A DNA stretch of 64,000 bases from Eukaryota sp. GEM-RC1 (GCA_040285855.1 JAUFOQ010000016.1:1426001-1490000), one strand, 5' to 3'. Shown: positions 34,273 through 46,887, numbered from the stretch's first letter. Program-made: numbers and translations. Notes: generated from the letters alone by a model not told the origin.

Positions 34273-35709
34273 TTAACCTAACGTCACAAACTCTTTAAGA
34301 AACTCATGTGCTAGTGAACCCCCCGATTTGTCTACATCAGCTACTTCTTTAACATTCTCCATTACCTTTGCTGTTTTAAAGAGAGCTTTCAGAATAGGAA
34401 GTTCTTTTGCAACTGGTTCTGGGACTTCAATCAATCGACGAGCAAATATTGTTAAAATACTGACGGAACGTTCAACAGCTTCTTTATCAGGTCTTGACAA
34501 CCCTCGGAGAACCGTATCAAGCACACATTTTTGAGTCAGAATCATGAGTTGTTCATAAGAACAGTCGTCGACTGTATTTAAGACACAAAATGAACTTTAC
34601 ATGAACAAATCATGATCTTCATGAGTAAGGTATTTAATAATGACTGTGTATATGTCCTTATCAAAACAAAACTGAAGTGATTCCTGAGAGTCTGAAATAA
34701 CATTACCGAAAAACCAAAGTACCTCCTGCTTGTGGAAAATGTCCGATGAGTTCTCTAAAATGCCGAATATAGGTGTCACGAGGTCCAGCTTGTCAAGAAT
34801 TTCTACTAAGAAGGGGCACCAACCGGCACAAAGGTTTCCGAGAAAAGTAAACGTCGCATAACTAATATTGTCGTTATGATGATGTAACAAATTGGAAATA
34901 CCAAAAGTCATCTCTTTGGTGATTAACAAATCATACACATCTTCAAAATGTTCTGCCAAGTTAGCAAAGATCAAGAGAAGTGACTCAAACAAGAAAATGT
35001 AAGAAGTATGACCAATCAGAGGAAGAATGTTGTAACAAGCAGATACAACAGGAATGTAGACTTTGAAGTCATCAAACAACTTGTATTGAAAGATATTTCT
35101 TACTGTCTGTGTGATTTTAGAAAGGCCATCCCAATTACCAACCTCAATGAAACAGTCAACAGTGGAAGCGATGGTTTTCATGTAATCAGGAGTTAGGAAA
35201 AGTCTAGCCCAGTGGACATTCTCTTCAGAAATGTTATTCAGAACAGAGCAACACTGATCTTTAACATTGGTGTGTGTGGTGTTGGTCATGCATTTAAAGA
35301 GAACATCTAAAACTCCAGCATTGATCAATGACTGAGAGTGATCACCATTAGAAGTATCTGTAAAAACAGTCAAAATACGAGCAGATTCAAAACAAAGTTC
35401 AGTATCAGAAGACTCAAGTAGAGATATGAGACATGGAATGATATTTTGGCTTAGACAACAAACGATGTAAGTTTCAAGCTCGTCATCATCATTTGTTGAG
35501 ATTGTTTCCCAGATAGTTCTAACAGCCGAAAGTAAACAAGAAGGATTGGTTGAGGACTTGAGAACAGATATCTGACTAGAAAGAGTAGCTATATCATGAG
35601 AGGTTGAGTCAAGAGTCACATTAGTTACACTCTGTTCAACTTCATCGTTAGCATCAGCTCCTGCTGCTGCCATAAGAATGATTGATTCCTGAGCACTGTT
35701 CAAAAACAC
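34273..35709 (-). pseudogene. Divergent importin-alpha-like armadillo repeat gene with one in-frame TAA (34597-34599)
   Basis: FESARILT.FT, VKDQCCSVLNNI, LGNLCAG and KQEVLWFFGNV ARM motifs; the frame continues past the stop into ORF 34273-34545. Confidence 0.6.
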
Positions 35710-35739
35710 ACATATGATTCAAAACAAAATGTGTGATCT

Positions 35740-36010
35740 TCAGATCAATCTCTTCTGACCTCTCTAGAACTAATTATGGACTTGACTACAGTTGATCCTT
35801 GTAACTCAACTTCTGTTAACAATATTATTCGACTCTTGAAACACATGAAATGAAACAATTAGTTCGGTATCAAGAATTATTTGCTAAAATGACACAATCC
35901 AGTTGTTTGCCATCCTTTTGTTATTTCACTTTACAGAAAGTTTGTCATTTTCGGACATAAATTTTTAAGGACAACTATTGGAGACATAGATTGTCATTTC
36001 AATCTATAAA
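35740..36010 (+). mobile_element. Decayed RLE-type non-LTR retrotransposon 3' fragment
   Basis: MDLTTVDPCNSTS and WRHRLSF; nucleotide similarity to the copies at about 55285 and 63660. Confidence 0.55.
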
Positions 36011-36626
36011 CTGTTTGTTGTACATGCTGCTGTGAAATACTTATACCGAAACGTCATGTCTTCGAAGCAACTGAGAAAGGACATGTAAAATGTTCCACTG
36101 ACGGCTCTTAAACACACACAACACACTTGATATTACTGAAGAAAATTCATCCAAATTATTTACAAACCACATGCAATAAATAATACATTTAATTCAAATC
36201 TAAAATCGTTGTCACGTGAGTTCAAATCTCTGATCTTTGACCACTGTAAGTTATTACGTTGTAATTATCGTGGTTTCAGCATCTAGATTGTTAAAACCGA
36301 CAGTGTTCTGGTTTGTCTGAGGTAAATAGCAGTTTGTTCCCATAAGATATAAGATATTCAATAAGAAGATCTGCACAGCTATTGGAATTTCAGATTTGTC
36401 TCTATATTACTCTTTAACCATACTGCGATACAAAGTACAAGAAACTATGTACTTTAATAATTCCTTTTATTTGGAGCTATGAACTTGTTTTAGGTATAAC
36501 ACATGTTGACGATCTTGTAGAACAGTGGCAGAAACTGGTTCTTCATTAGAAAACTGTTTTGATCAGACAATTCTACATAAACAAATGTAATAGGAATGAA
36601 GGCATTTGACAATCAAAATTCTTACC

Positions 36627-38867
36627 ATGACTGAAGTACCTCAAGACATACTCCCCAAACCAACAATCTCTGAGCTTCTAAAGCAACACTCTGTTATAGA
36701 AGCTGCTGATACAGCACTTGAAAAACGTTCCTTTGATGAACTCTTCGCCAATCTCGAAGAAGACTCTTTTCCCATGGTCATTAAGTACTTACTATGCGCT
36801 GTTCAGTACTTTGTTCCCTCAGAAACAGCCGCTGCCACAAAGTACATTGCTCAGATTCAACTTGACCGATCTCTCTACTCTGATGCTCTTATATCAGCAT
36901 TGTCCATAAATGATGAGGATCTTGCCAAACACATTGTAAATAGATCTCTTGCACTAGCCGATCCTGGTCATCTTCTCCAAATTTCCCACATCCTCGATCG
37001 ATCTGGTTACTACTCCCTCCTACAACCTTCCCCTCACTTCTCTCCTGTCAGAACTTATTCTCTCTTCCTCTCTACTGTTAAACACCTTGAGATGGAGGAG
37101 CCAAAAGACTCAGAGTCTATCTACAAATCTCGTCTTTCAGAGTCAATGTACACCTCTTCTACCACTGCTGATCGTGCAGGGCAACGAAGAGTTGACTCTG
37201 CTACCATGAATCTTGCTCAAACTTTCACCAATGCTTTTGTTCACGCTGGTTATTCCAAGGATTCTATCTATTCCAGTACCCAGGCCTATGTTGATTGGAC
37301 TTCTCGTCAGAAAGCACGTGGAATCACGTCAGCAGCCGCAGCACCAGGCTTGACTTTCTTGTGGAATCCTGAAGAAGGTGTGAACTTTATTGATAACATG
37401 TTGAATTCATCTGATCCTCAAGCAATTGCTGGTGGATATCTAGGTATTTGTGTTGTTAATTCTGGTTATCCTAACGAGGATGATTTGCCTTTACATTTAG
37501 TAACAGACGCTCTTGTAGGAGAAAAAGGACCAGAATCTCAAATCATGAGTAGTCTAGGAATTGGAATAGCTTACGTTGGAACAAACAGAGAAGATATTGC
37601 TGAATTGTTGAGTTCGAATATGTTTACTGGAAATCTGGAGCTTGCTTGTATCTCAGCACTTAGTTTGGGAATGATCTTTGTAGGTTCCAGTGATGAGAAC
37701 GCTTCCCAGTTAATTATTTCAAATTTCTTTGAAAAATTAGAATCTGACAAATCATTTTTGAGTGATCCAGCTGTTTCCCTTATGGTTTTAGGACTTGCTT
37801 TGATTTTCCTGGCTTCTGAAAAGAATTCAACAGAAATCTTGCAAGCTTTAGAATCTGCAATGGAAAATGGTGAAGACAATGAAGAAAAGAAGAAGAAAAA
37901 GAAGCTTTGTCAGTCAGCTCACATCATGGTTTCCTCTTTAGCTCAAGCCAATAACGGTAATGTTTTAGCTATCCAAAACTTACTAGCACATATAAGCTCA
38001 GCTGCTGCAGAGTCAGCATTAGAAGAGGAAGAAAAGGAGGACAAACCTCAACCAAAAAACACGCAGAAAAAGAAGAAGTCTGTTATCAGTATATCCCCTG
38101 TCTCTGTTTCAGTCCTGTGTTTAGCTATAATATCTGGATCTGAAAGTGTTGGAAATGACCTTGCTTTAAGGTTATGCACTTCGATTAATCAGTTTAGTAC
38201 CACAGAAGCAAAGATTGCTGTCCCTGCCGCTTTGGCTTATCTTTCGTGGTCTTATCCTAGGACTTCAGTCATTGAAGCTTTGGTTAGACTATCTCATGAT
38301 ACTGATACCTCTGTTGCTGCTGCTGGTATACTAGCCCTTGGACTTGTAGGTCAAGGAACTAATCACACACGTATAGCTCAGAATTTAAGAAGACTTGCTG
38401 ACCATTATTCCAAGGATAATACCTTAGTTTTGGCTTGTAGGATTGCGCAGGGACTTTTGCACACTGGAAAAGGTCTTGTTGCTGCCACTCCCTTCACTAT
38501 GGAAGGTAAAATCCTATCAAAACGTGCTCTGGCTGGTGTATTGCCTGTTCTGATAGGACTTCTTGATCCTGACAGTTTGTTACTCCACCGTCTCCACGTC
38601 TTGTTCTTCACTCTTGCTCCTGCACTGAAACCAAGGTTTGTAGTGACTGTGGATAGTCATGGGGAACTTAAACGTGTGTCATCTCGTGTAGGAAGAGCAG
38701 TGGATACCGTTGGAATGCCTGGGAGACCCTTGAAAGTTACAGGATTCCAGACACATGAAACTCCAGTAGTAGTAAGTAGAGGTGATCGTGCTGATTTTGG
38801 AGATGTAGATATTCAACCTTATTGTGACATTTTAGAAGGAGTTGTTGTTATCAAGGACGAGCAGTAG
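36627..38867 (+). CDS. RPN1: 26S proteasome regulatory subunit RPN1/PSMD2, copy 1
   Basis: VDSA..NLA.TF.NAFVHAGY..D, GTNH.RIAQ.LR.LA.HY, RIAQGLLH.GKG and RVG.AVDTVG.PG.P..VTGFQTHETPV. Confidence 0.95.
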   Translation: MTEVPQDILPKPTISELLKQHSVIEAADTALEKRSFDELFANLEEDSFPMVIKYLLCAVQYFVPSETAAATKYIAQIQLDRSLYSDALISALSINDEDLAKHIVNRSLALADPGHLLQISHILDRSGYYSLLQPSPHFSPVRTYSLFLSTVKHLEMEEPKDSESIYKSRLSESMYTSSTTADRAGQRRVDSATMNLAQTFTNAFVHAGYSKDSIYSSTQAYVDWTSRQKARGITSAAAAPGLTFLWNPEEGVNFIDNMLNSSDPQAIAGGYLGICVVNSGYPNEDDLPLHLVTDALVGEKGPESQIMSSLGIGIAYVGTNREDIAELLSSNMFTGNLELACISALSLGMIFVGSSDENASQLIISNFFEKLESDKSFLSDPAVSLMVLGLALIFLASEKNSTEILQALESAMENGEDNEEKKKKKKLCQSAHIMVSSLAQANNGNVLAIQNLLAHISSAAAESALEEEEKEDKPQPKNTQKKKKSVISISPVSVSVLCLAIISGSESVGNDLALRLCTSINQFSTTEAKIAVPAALAYLSWSYPRTSVIEALVRLSHDTDTSVAAAGILALGLVGQGTNHTRIAQNLRRLADHYSKDNTLVLACRIAQGLLHTGKGLVAATPFTMEGKILSKRALAGVLPVLIGLLDPDSLLLHRLHVLFFTLAPALKPRFVVTVDSHGELKRVSSRVGRAVDTVGMPGRPLKVTGFQTHETPVVVSRGDRADFGDVDIQPYCDILEGVVVIKDEQ

Positions 38868-39148
38868 AATTCATGATAAACATTCTCATTGTCTCTAATA
38901 CTATCGATATATAGAACCGTCGAGAATGAACAGGAACTGATTCAATACTATACGCATCGTGGAATCAGCAGTTCAATCGAACAATAATCGATTAAAAAGG
39001 GTTTGCCTTATATAACTTATACAGTATAGGTGTGACAAGAACCCTCCTAGTACAACATTCTCGATGAGTCTTAACAATGCCGTCGATCAGGACAATTTTA
39101 AATTTATTGACTATATACTATAAACTTTTACAAAACAAAAATACAATA

Positions 39149-40542
39149 TTACCTGCACAAAGTACCGAACGTGGCAGTTCCTTGACGACGATAGAAGTCG
39201 AATTCCTTGCAGCTCCATTCCGGGTATTTTTTACACCCTTGCAGAACAATGTCATATTGATTAACATACCAGGACCATTGATCATTCACATGTTCATCAC
39301 ATCGTTCCCTTCGACTGTCTGGTCCACATGGGACATTGCCAGCTAAATGAGCACTCTCTTGCACTCGGCCAAAGTCGTAAATCCAATGATCGGAACAGTT
39401 CATTGCTCTAATAGACTTACATGAATATGTACCAACTTTGAAGTCCGTCAATCCATAAAGAGTACCATCGATACAAGCTGAAGCAACATAGTCGTCGATT
39501 GAAGATCCATCGAACCAATTGTCATGATCGAAATCTATAATGTAGGAAACATTCTCAGTGACAAAGGAATACAGCTCCTTGATTGGGCAATAAGAGTTCA
39601 ACTCCAATAACTTACGGAAAGGTTCGTCATGAAAGTCGTAATCTTGAGGAACGACATAATTTTCAATTGTTTCCGTTTGACTTTGAACAATTGGAACATA
39701 GTAGAGATCACCCTCGAACTCACACCATTCTGAACTTCCTTTCTTCCAACAGCTGCACTCTTTTTCTTCGTATAAACGATGACCAGAAAATGCAGCATCA
39801 GCAGGAATAGAGACTCTTTCAAAAACTTCCTTGTTACATCCACCTGGAATAGACATACAAGCGTCAATGATGCCAAAGCTATCAGGTTCACATACGATGC
39901 CGCGGTATTCATCGAAGAACTTGGATTGATCTAAGTTAGCTGCAAGAATCTTGTTTTCCTTTTTGATTTAAGAACAAATTTTGATTTTTGATGTCTCCCT
40001 TCACAATAGTCATCAATGTTGAATTCAGAGTGATTCGCAGGACGAACGTTGGTAAACTTGACAATTTTCTTGTCAATGTCTCTGTATTGAATTGGAATTC
40101 CGTCCACGTTTAACCACCACCGACGATTCACAGATCCTTCAACTCTGATGAATACCTGACCTTTGACCTTGTCTTCATAACCAGGAAGGGATGGATCGAC
40201 GATGAATGGGATAAAGAGATCTTCAACTGTGATATAATCAATGCTGGCCTTACAATCATAATGGTTGCTATAGCGACAATTACCGTTGTCGCAGAAGAGA
40301 TGTTCGGACTCAAGGTAGAGAGTTGCTTTAAGCAAATCAATATGAATCGCTTTTCCATGATGCTCTAGGTAGAACAATTTGTTGACAGTATAATCAACTG
40401 GCTTAGCGAATGGTTGAAAAATAAGAACAAAAGCAAGAACCAATGAACCAACAACCAAAGAAGCAGGTAGAAGAAGGAGCCAAAGGTAACGATTTGTTCT
40501 TTTTGATCTAGGAGAAGCTAATAGATGTGTTGTTTGGTTCAT
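39149..40542 (-). CDS. Uncharacterised Cys-rich type II membrane protein (one frameshift near 39965)
   Basis: N-terminal TM segment; one indel in an A-run joins ORF 39931-40542 to the frame of 39149-39856 through KENKILAANLDQSKFFDEYRGIVCEPD. Confidence 0.65.
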
Positions 40543-40772
40543 TTGGATTTGAACAGTTCACTCAGCCCAAAGAGGAAGAAAAAACTGCAATCAAATTTGG
40601 TTTAGGTCTGACACGTTTCTATGTTCTGTAGTTAAACCCAACCCCTTGGACTGACTGTATTTTTCGGTATATAGTCGATTGCCAGACTGTTGTCATTCTC
40701 ACCTTTGAGGTTATTAAAAATAACAAAAGTATTATCAAATAAGAAAGACAATGAACATGTTTATCATGAATT

Positions 40773-43013
40773 CTACTGCTCGTCCTTGATAACAACAACT
40801 CCTTCTAAAATGTCACAATAAGGTTGAATATCTACATCTCCAAAATCAGCACGATCACCTCTACTTACTACTACTGGAGTTTCATGTGTCTGGAATCCTG
40901 TAACTTTCAAGGGTCTCCCAGGCATTCCAACGGTATCCACTGCTCTACCTACACGAGATGACACACGTTTAAGTTCCCCGTGACTATCCACAGTCACTAC
41001 AAACCTTGGTTTCAGTGCAGGAGCAAGAGTGAAGAACAAGACGTGGAGACGGTGGAGTAACAAACTGTCAGGATCAAGAAGTCCTATCAGAACAGGCAAT
41101 ACACCAGCCAGAGCTCGTTTTGATAGGATTTTACCTTCCATAGTGAAGGGAGTGGCAGCAACAAGACCTTTTCCAGTGTGCAAAAGTCCCTGAGCAATCC
41201 TACAAGCCAAAACTAAGGTATTATCCTTGGAATAATGGTCAGCAAGTCTTCTTAAATTCTGAGCTATACGTGTATGATTAGTTCCTTGACCTACAAGTCC
41301 AAGAGCTAGTATACCAGCAGCAGCAACAGAGGTATCAGTGTCATGAGATAGTCTAACCAAAGCTTCAATGACTGAAGTCCTAGGATAAGACCACGAAAGA
41401 TAAGCCAAAGCGGCAGGGACAGCAATCTTTGCTTCTGTGGTACTAAACTGATTAATCGAAGTGCATAACCTTAAAGCGAGGTCATTTCCAACACTTTCAG
41501 ATCCAGATATTATAGCTAAACACAACACTGAAACAGAGACAGGGGATATACTAATAACAGACTTCTTCTTTTTCTGCGTGTTTTTTGGTTGAGGTTTGTC
41601 CTCCTTTTCTTCCTCTTCTAAAGCTGACTCTGCAGCAGCTGAGCTTATATGTGCTAATAAGTTTTGGATAGCTAAAACATTACCGTTATTAGCTTGAGCT
41701 AAAGAGGAAACCATAATGTGAGCTGACTGGCAAAGCTTCTTTTTTTTCTTCTTTTCTTCATTGTCCTCACCATTTTCCATTGCAGACTCTAAAGCTTGCA
41801 AGATTTCTGTTGAATTCTTTTCAGATGCCAGGAAAATCAAACCAAGTCCTAAAACCATAAGGGAAACAGCTGGATCACTCAAAAATGATTTGTCAGATTC
41901 TAATTTTTCAAAGAAATTTGAAATAATTAACTGGGAAACGTTCTCATCACTGGAACCTACAAAAATCATTCCCAGACTAAGTGCTGAGATACAAGCAAGC
42001 TCCAGATTTCCAGTAAACATATTCGAACTCAACAATTCAGCGATATCTTCTCTGTTTGTTCCAACGTAAGCTATTCCAATTCCTAGACTACTCATGATTT
42101 GAGATTCTGGTCCTTTTTCTCCTACAAGAGCATCTGATACTAAATGTAAAGGCAAATCATCCTCGTTAGGATAACCAGAATTAACAACACAAATACCTAG
42201 ATATCCACCAGCAATTGCTTGAGGATCAGATGAATTCAACATGTTATCAATAAAGTTCACACCTTCTTCAGGATTCCACAAGAAAGTCAAGCCTGGTGCT
42301 GCGGCTGCTGACGTGATTCCACGTGCTTTCTGACGAGAAGTCCAATCAACATAGGCCTGGGTACTGGAATAGATAGAATCCTTAGAATAACCAGCGTGAA
42401 CAAAAGCATTGGTGAAAGTTTGAGCAAGATTCATGGTAGCAGAGTCAACTCTTCGTTGCCCTGCACGATCAGCAGTGGTAGAAGAGGTGTACATTGACTC
42501 TGAAAGACGAGATTTGTAGATAGACTCGGAATCTTTTGGCTCCTCCATCTCAAGGTGTTTAACAGTAGAGAGGAAGAGAGAATAAGTTCTGTCAGGAGAG
42601 AAGTGAGGGGAAGGTTGTAGGAGGGAGTAGTAACCAGATCGATCGAGGATGTGGGAAATTTGGAGAAGATGACCAGGATCGGCTAGTGCAAGAGATCTAT
42701 TTACAATGTGTTTGGCAAGATCCTCGTCATTTATGGACAATGCTGATATAAGAGCATCAGAGTAGAGAGATCGGTCAAGTTGAATCTGAGCAATGTACTT
42801 TGTGGCAGCGGCTGTTTCTGATGGAACAAAATACTGAACAGCGCATAGTAAGTACTTAATGACCATGGGAAAAGAGTCTTCTTCGAGATTGGCGAAGAGT
42901 TCATCAAAGGAACGTTTTTCAAGTGCTGTATCAGCAGCTTCTATAACAGAGTGTTGCTTTAGAAGCTCAGAGATTGTTGGTTTGGGGAGTATGTCTTGAG
43001 GTACTTCAGTCAT
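40773..43013 (-). CDS. RPN1: 26S proteasome regulatory subunit RPN1/PSMD2, copy 2
   Basis: Inverted copy of 36627-38867 with an intact ORF; four amino-acid differences seen. Confidence 0.95.
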   Translation of the reverse strand: MTEVPQDILPKPTISELLKQHSVIEAADTALEKRSFDELFANLEEDSFPMVIKYLLCAVQYFVPSETAAATKYIAQIQLDRSLYSDALISALSINDEDLAKHIVNRSLALADPGHLLQISHILDRSGYYSLLQPSPHFSPDRTYSLFLSTVKHLEMEEPKDSESIYKSRLSESMYTSSTTADRAGQRRVDSATMNLAQTFTNAFVHAGYSKDSIYSSTQAYVDWTSRQKARGITSAAAAPGLTFLWNPEEGVNFIDNMLNSSDPQAIAGGYLGICVVNSGYPNEDDLPLHLVSDALVGEKGPESQIMSSLGIGIAYVGTNREDIAELLSSNMFTGNLELACISALSLGMIFVGSSDENVSQLIISNFFEKLESDKSFLSDPAVSLMVLGLGLIFLASEKNSTEILQALESAMENGEDNEEKKKKKKLCQSAHIMVSSLAQANNGNVLAIQNLLAHISSAAAESALEEEEKEDKPQPKNTQKKKKSVISISPVSVSVLCLAIISGSESVGNDLALRLCTSINQFSTTEAKIAVPAALAYLSWSYPRTSVIEALVRLSHDTDTSVAAAGILALGLVGQGTNHTRIAQNLRRLADHYSKDNTLVLACRIAQGLLHTGKGLVAATPFTMEGKILSKRALAGVLPVLIGLLDPDSLLLHRLHVLFFTLAPALKPRFVVTVDSHGELKRVSSRVGRAVDTVGMPGRPLKVTGFQTHETPVVVSRGDRADFGDVDIQPYCDILEGVVVIKDEQ

Positions 43014-43951
43014 TGTGTGGTTGTAAGAATTTTGATTGTCAAATGCCTTCATTCCTATTACATTTTTTTATGTAGTACAGAAGTATTGTCTGATCAAAAT
43101 AGTTTTCTAATGAAGAACCAGCTTCTGCCAATGTTCCAAAAGATCGTGAACATGTGTTATACCTAAAACAAGTTCATAACTCCAAATAAAAGGAATTATA
43201 AAAGGACATAACTTCTTGTACTTTGTATCACAGTAAGGTTAAATAGTAATATAGAGACAAATCTGGAATTCCAATAGTTGTGCAGATCTTCTTATTGAAT
43301 ATCTTATATCTTATGGAAACAGACTGCTATTTACTTTAGACAAACCAGAACACTGTCGGTTTTTACAATCTAGATGTTGAAACCGCGATGTGTACAACTT
43401 AATTACTTGGAGCAGTCAAGAAGACATAGAGTCTCACTCTCATGCAAATATTTTAATAGTTTAATGTATGTGTCATTTATATTGTTCAGTAAGATCAAGT
43501 ATGTTGTGTGTGTTTAAGAGCCGTCAGTGGACCATTGCACTTGTCCCTTTTCCTTTTAATAAGCTTAGAATACATGACGTTTTGGTTCAAGTATTCACAG
43601 CAGCATGTACAACATACAGTTTGCCCGCCGTTGTAGAAATATCAACATCTACACTTAGTCGGCGCAGATCTGATCAGATCTCTTGCAATCGTTGCCATTG
43701 ATTGGGTACAACAGATTGTACAAGTATCATCATTACTTTCTCTTTATAATCAGTCATAGAAGGACTACATTGTACTGAAAGTTCAAATGACCTTTCCTGT
43801 TCGAAGCAAGTCGATACTGCTTTGCTTTGATCAATTCAAATTTTGGAAATCACGTGACATCGTGCAACCCAATTGAACTTCATCCCGTCACATCTCGCAA
43901 CCCACTGCTTTAAGAACTTTCCTCAATGGTCTCACTACTTCTTTTCTTACA

Positions 43952-45739
43952 ATGTTGACCGATTCCGATATCGAATCTCTTAGTCTTGATGCTGCTATGT
44001 TTTGCTATCAAGTATGCCCTTTATGCCTTTCATCTTAGTGTGAACAAGCCTCCAAGTCCAAAGGCTGCTCCTATGAACGAGGTGTTTGCTCCAAACCCGC
44101 CGATCTTTCTGCTCTTTTTGATCTCCTTATTGCTGGAGCATTCTCTCTTGCTGTCGCCGCTCGCCCTATAGTTGAGGCTGATGGACGCATTCCTGATACC
44201 TGGACTAAGGTTTTATCTCAAGGCTGTTTCTTGACTCTTACCAATGTCAACTTTGACTTAGCTCGTGTTAAGCCCTTCATCGATCAGATCAAGGCCGCCA
44301 GAGACGAAGCCAGACAATGCCTCACTGAAAGAAATCTTACTCCACTTTCCATTGACAATGAATTTGGAATTGATGGACTAATTCAGTTTGTCAACTGGGA
44401 ACCTGCCGCCACCGTTGAAGAACAAGTCAAACAAGGACGTGAATTTGGTATCATCAAGAGATTGAAGGCCAACAAAGCCACAGTCACCGGTCTCCAGGAA
44501 ATGCTTGTCTATGCTATCAAGGGTATGAGTGCCTACTCCACCCATATTGCCATGTTAAAGGGCTCCATTGAAGCAGACGGTGTTGCTATTGTGAAGACTC
44601 TTTCTGACATCATTGTTGGTGAACGCGATCTACTTGAACTTGCTTTAGAGTTCGGTAAAGCCAACCTTGACACTATGTCAAGACTAGATGAAGCTAATAC
44701 CTCAAACTTTGGTGTTCCAAACTTCTCCAAGGTTAGCTTTGGTGTTAAGAAAGGACATTGTATCCTCATGAGTGGACATGATCTTCATGACTTACACAGT
44801 CTGTTGGAAGCTACCAAGGATATTCCCGATCTATACATTTACACCCATGGTGAAATGCTTGCAGCTAATGCTTATCCTGAATTCCAAAAATACGCCCATT
44901 TTGCTGGAAACTTTGGATCTGCCTGGCAGTTACAAAGAAAGGAATTCCCAAATTTCCTGGAGCTCTTGTTATCAATACCAACTGTGTCATGCCCGCTCAT
45001 GACAGTTACAAGGATCGAATGTTTACTGTGAACCTTGTTGGTGAAAACGGTGTTACTCATATTGAGTCTAAGGAAGACGGTTCAAAGGATTGGTCTATTG
45101 TCATTGAGAAGGCCTTGTCTTGTCCTGGATTTGCAGAAGATTCCGGCCCCATCTTTGATGGATTCTTGGATTCTCAAATCATTGGTGCTAACCATCGTTC
45201 TACCACTCCCCCTTGCTCCTGCCATTATTGACCTTGTTAAACAAGGCTTACTTAAGCGTGTTTTCTTTATTGGTGGATGTGATGGATCTTTCCCTGGCCG
45301 AAATTATTTCTCTGATTTGGCTCAACATATTAATAACAACTTGAAGGACTGTATGGTAAGCGGAAGTGCATGTGGTGTATACCGCTACGTTACCACTCAA
45401 GACTTTGGAAATCTCCCTGGAACTGAGGTCCCTCGTTTATTAATTGCAGGACAATGTAATGACACCTTCTCAGGAATCCAATTGGTAGCCGCCATTGCTA
45501 AGGAATTGGGCGCTGGTTTAAATGACGTACCAATCTCTTATTTCGTTTCTTGGTTTGAACAGAAGGCTATTGCTATTTTGATGACTTTATTGTATCTTGG
45601 AATCCGTAACATTAGATTGGGACCCAGACTCCCTGCTTGGCTTTCTCCTGATGCTTTGAATGTTTTGATTGAGAAATTTAACATTAAAGTGATCTCAAAT
45701 GTTGAGGATGATGTCGAAGCTGCTTTGAAGGGTGAATAG
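43952..45739 (+). CDS. hcp: Hybrid cluster protein (prismane), intron 44012-44038 and two apparent frameshifts
   Basis: MFCYQ|CEQ...GC....GVCSK, TLTNVNFD, SGHDLHDL, YTHGEML, NTNC, GGCDG, GQCND and SWFEQKA motifs. Confidence 0.95.
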
Positions 45740-45956
45740 ATGTATTAATTGTAATAAATAAGTTTTGATTTGGCCATAGTTGAACTACATGTACCAGTAC
45801 TCTGACAATTGCTGAGAGATTAAATGACTTTATTGCCAATGAAATTTTGTATAACGAGGTTTGTTCGTTGTTCTGCATTCAGACCAGCATTTGTAAAGAA
45901 TGTACTGTAGTATCACTAACAGAATTTATTAAAAAACATCTAAGAAAGCGGCCTGT

Positions 45957-46536
45957 TCACAGTAAAGTGCAGTAATCAGTACATAACAGATTATCATGTA
46001 GTCGATCTAGTTCACGGAAATTATCAACCAACTCTGGATTTAACTTTTCGATCGTCTGGAGTTGAAATTCAAGAAATTCAGAGAGTTCCTTCATTTTAAA
46101 CGAAAGTTCGAAATTGAGCAACTTTAACATTTCGATTTCCATTTGGTTAAGCAATGAGACTGGATAATACGAAAATCCAATTGTCGCCCAGTCATTATTG
46201 AGATAAGTTCTGTCCTCACTATACTTTGATGCTAAAATTGCGGCAACTAAAAAGCAGCGATGAGCATTGACTTTTGAGAAGCGTAGTTGAGGATTCAGTT
46301 GGTGAATTTTAAAAAGGTAAAATACGGCAACAAGAGATATAAACGCATCAAGATTGCCTTGAGTTAGTGGAGAAGTGAATCATACCATATGAAGTAATTC
46401 GACGGATCCAAATGTCCATTTGACAAGGAGGTTCATTGCCGAATCGCTTTGGTACTGATTGAGGTGCAACAGCTAAGAAACTACTAACGATATTAGAACA
46501 CAGCTCTACACATGTTTCGCGGTAGGCCTGTGACAT
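45957..46536 (-). CDS. PHO80/U-type cyclin, intron 46358-46385
   Basis: After splicing: IRRITSYG, NAHRCFLVAAILASKYSED..Y.N..WA.IG and LNQMEIEMLKLLNFEL. Confidence 0.85.
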
Positions 46537-46887
46537 TTACCCGACAAGTGATCAAGAAACATTAACAACCTGCGACTGTATACTGAAGTGACAATTCAAT
46601 GAAAGTCTGCGAGACAACAGAAGAAAGGATATCTTTGCTGTAGAGAAGTGAACATTGACATGTGACGAGTTGTTTACTGACTTATTACATGTACGCCACA
46701 ACAAACGTTCAAGTCTACATGTCATTATGACGTCTATGACCAGTAGATCTATGACAGTCTCAGATGAAAATATACTTAGGGATCTATATATCAATAATGT
46801 ACATCACTTTGAAACTGCTCAATCAATGTAGGAGGGTACATCATATTCTTTATAATTGATTCAAAAAGGAGTCTCTTTTTATAAGGA

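Larger units (their letters stand above)
36009..43622. repeat. Large inverted duplication: arms about 36009-38895 and 40746-43622, spacer about 1.85 kb
   Basis: The RPN1 CDS, about 600 bp of upstream sequence and about 30 bp of downstream sequence are reverse-complement copies. Confidence 0.92.

Noticed and set aside
34570..34600. Intron removing the TAA in the ARM gene
   Set aside because: The candidate GT...AG splice shifts the frame into another stop, whereas the unspliced frame continues with ARM-like sequence.
43952..45739. Bacterial contamination explaining hcp
   Set aside because: The gene has a host-type 27-nt intron and sits among eukaryotic genes of similar composition.
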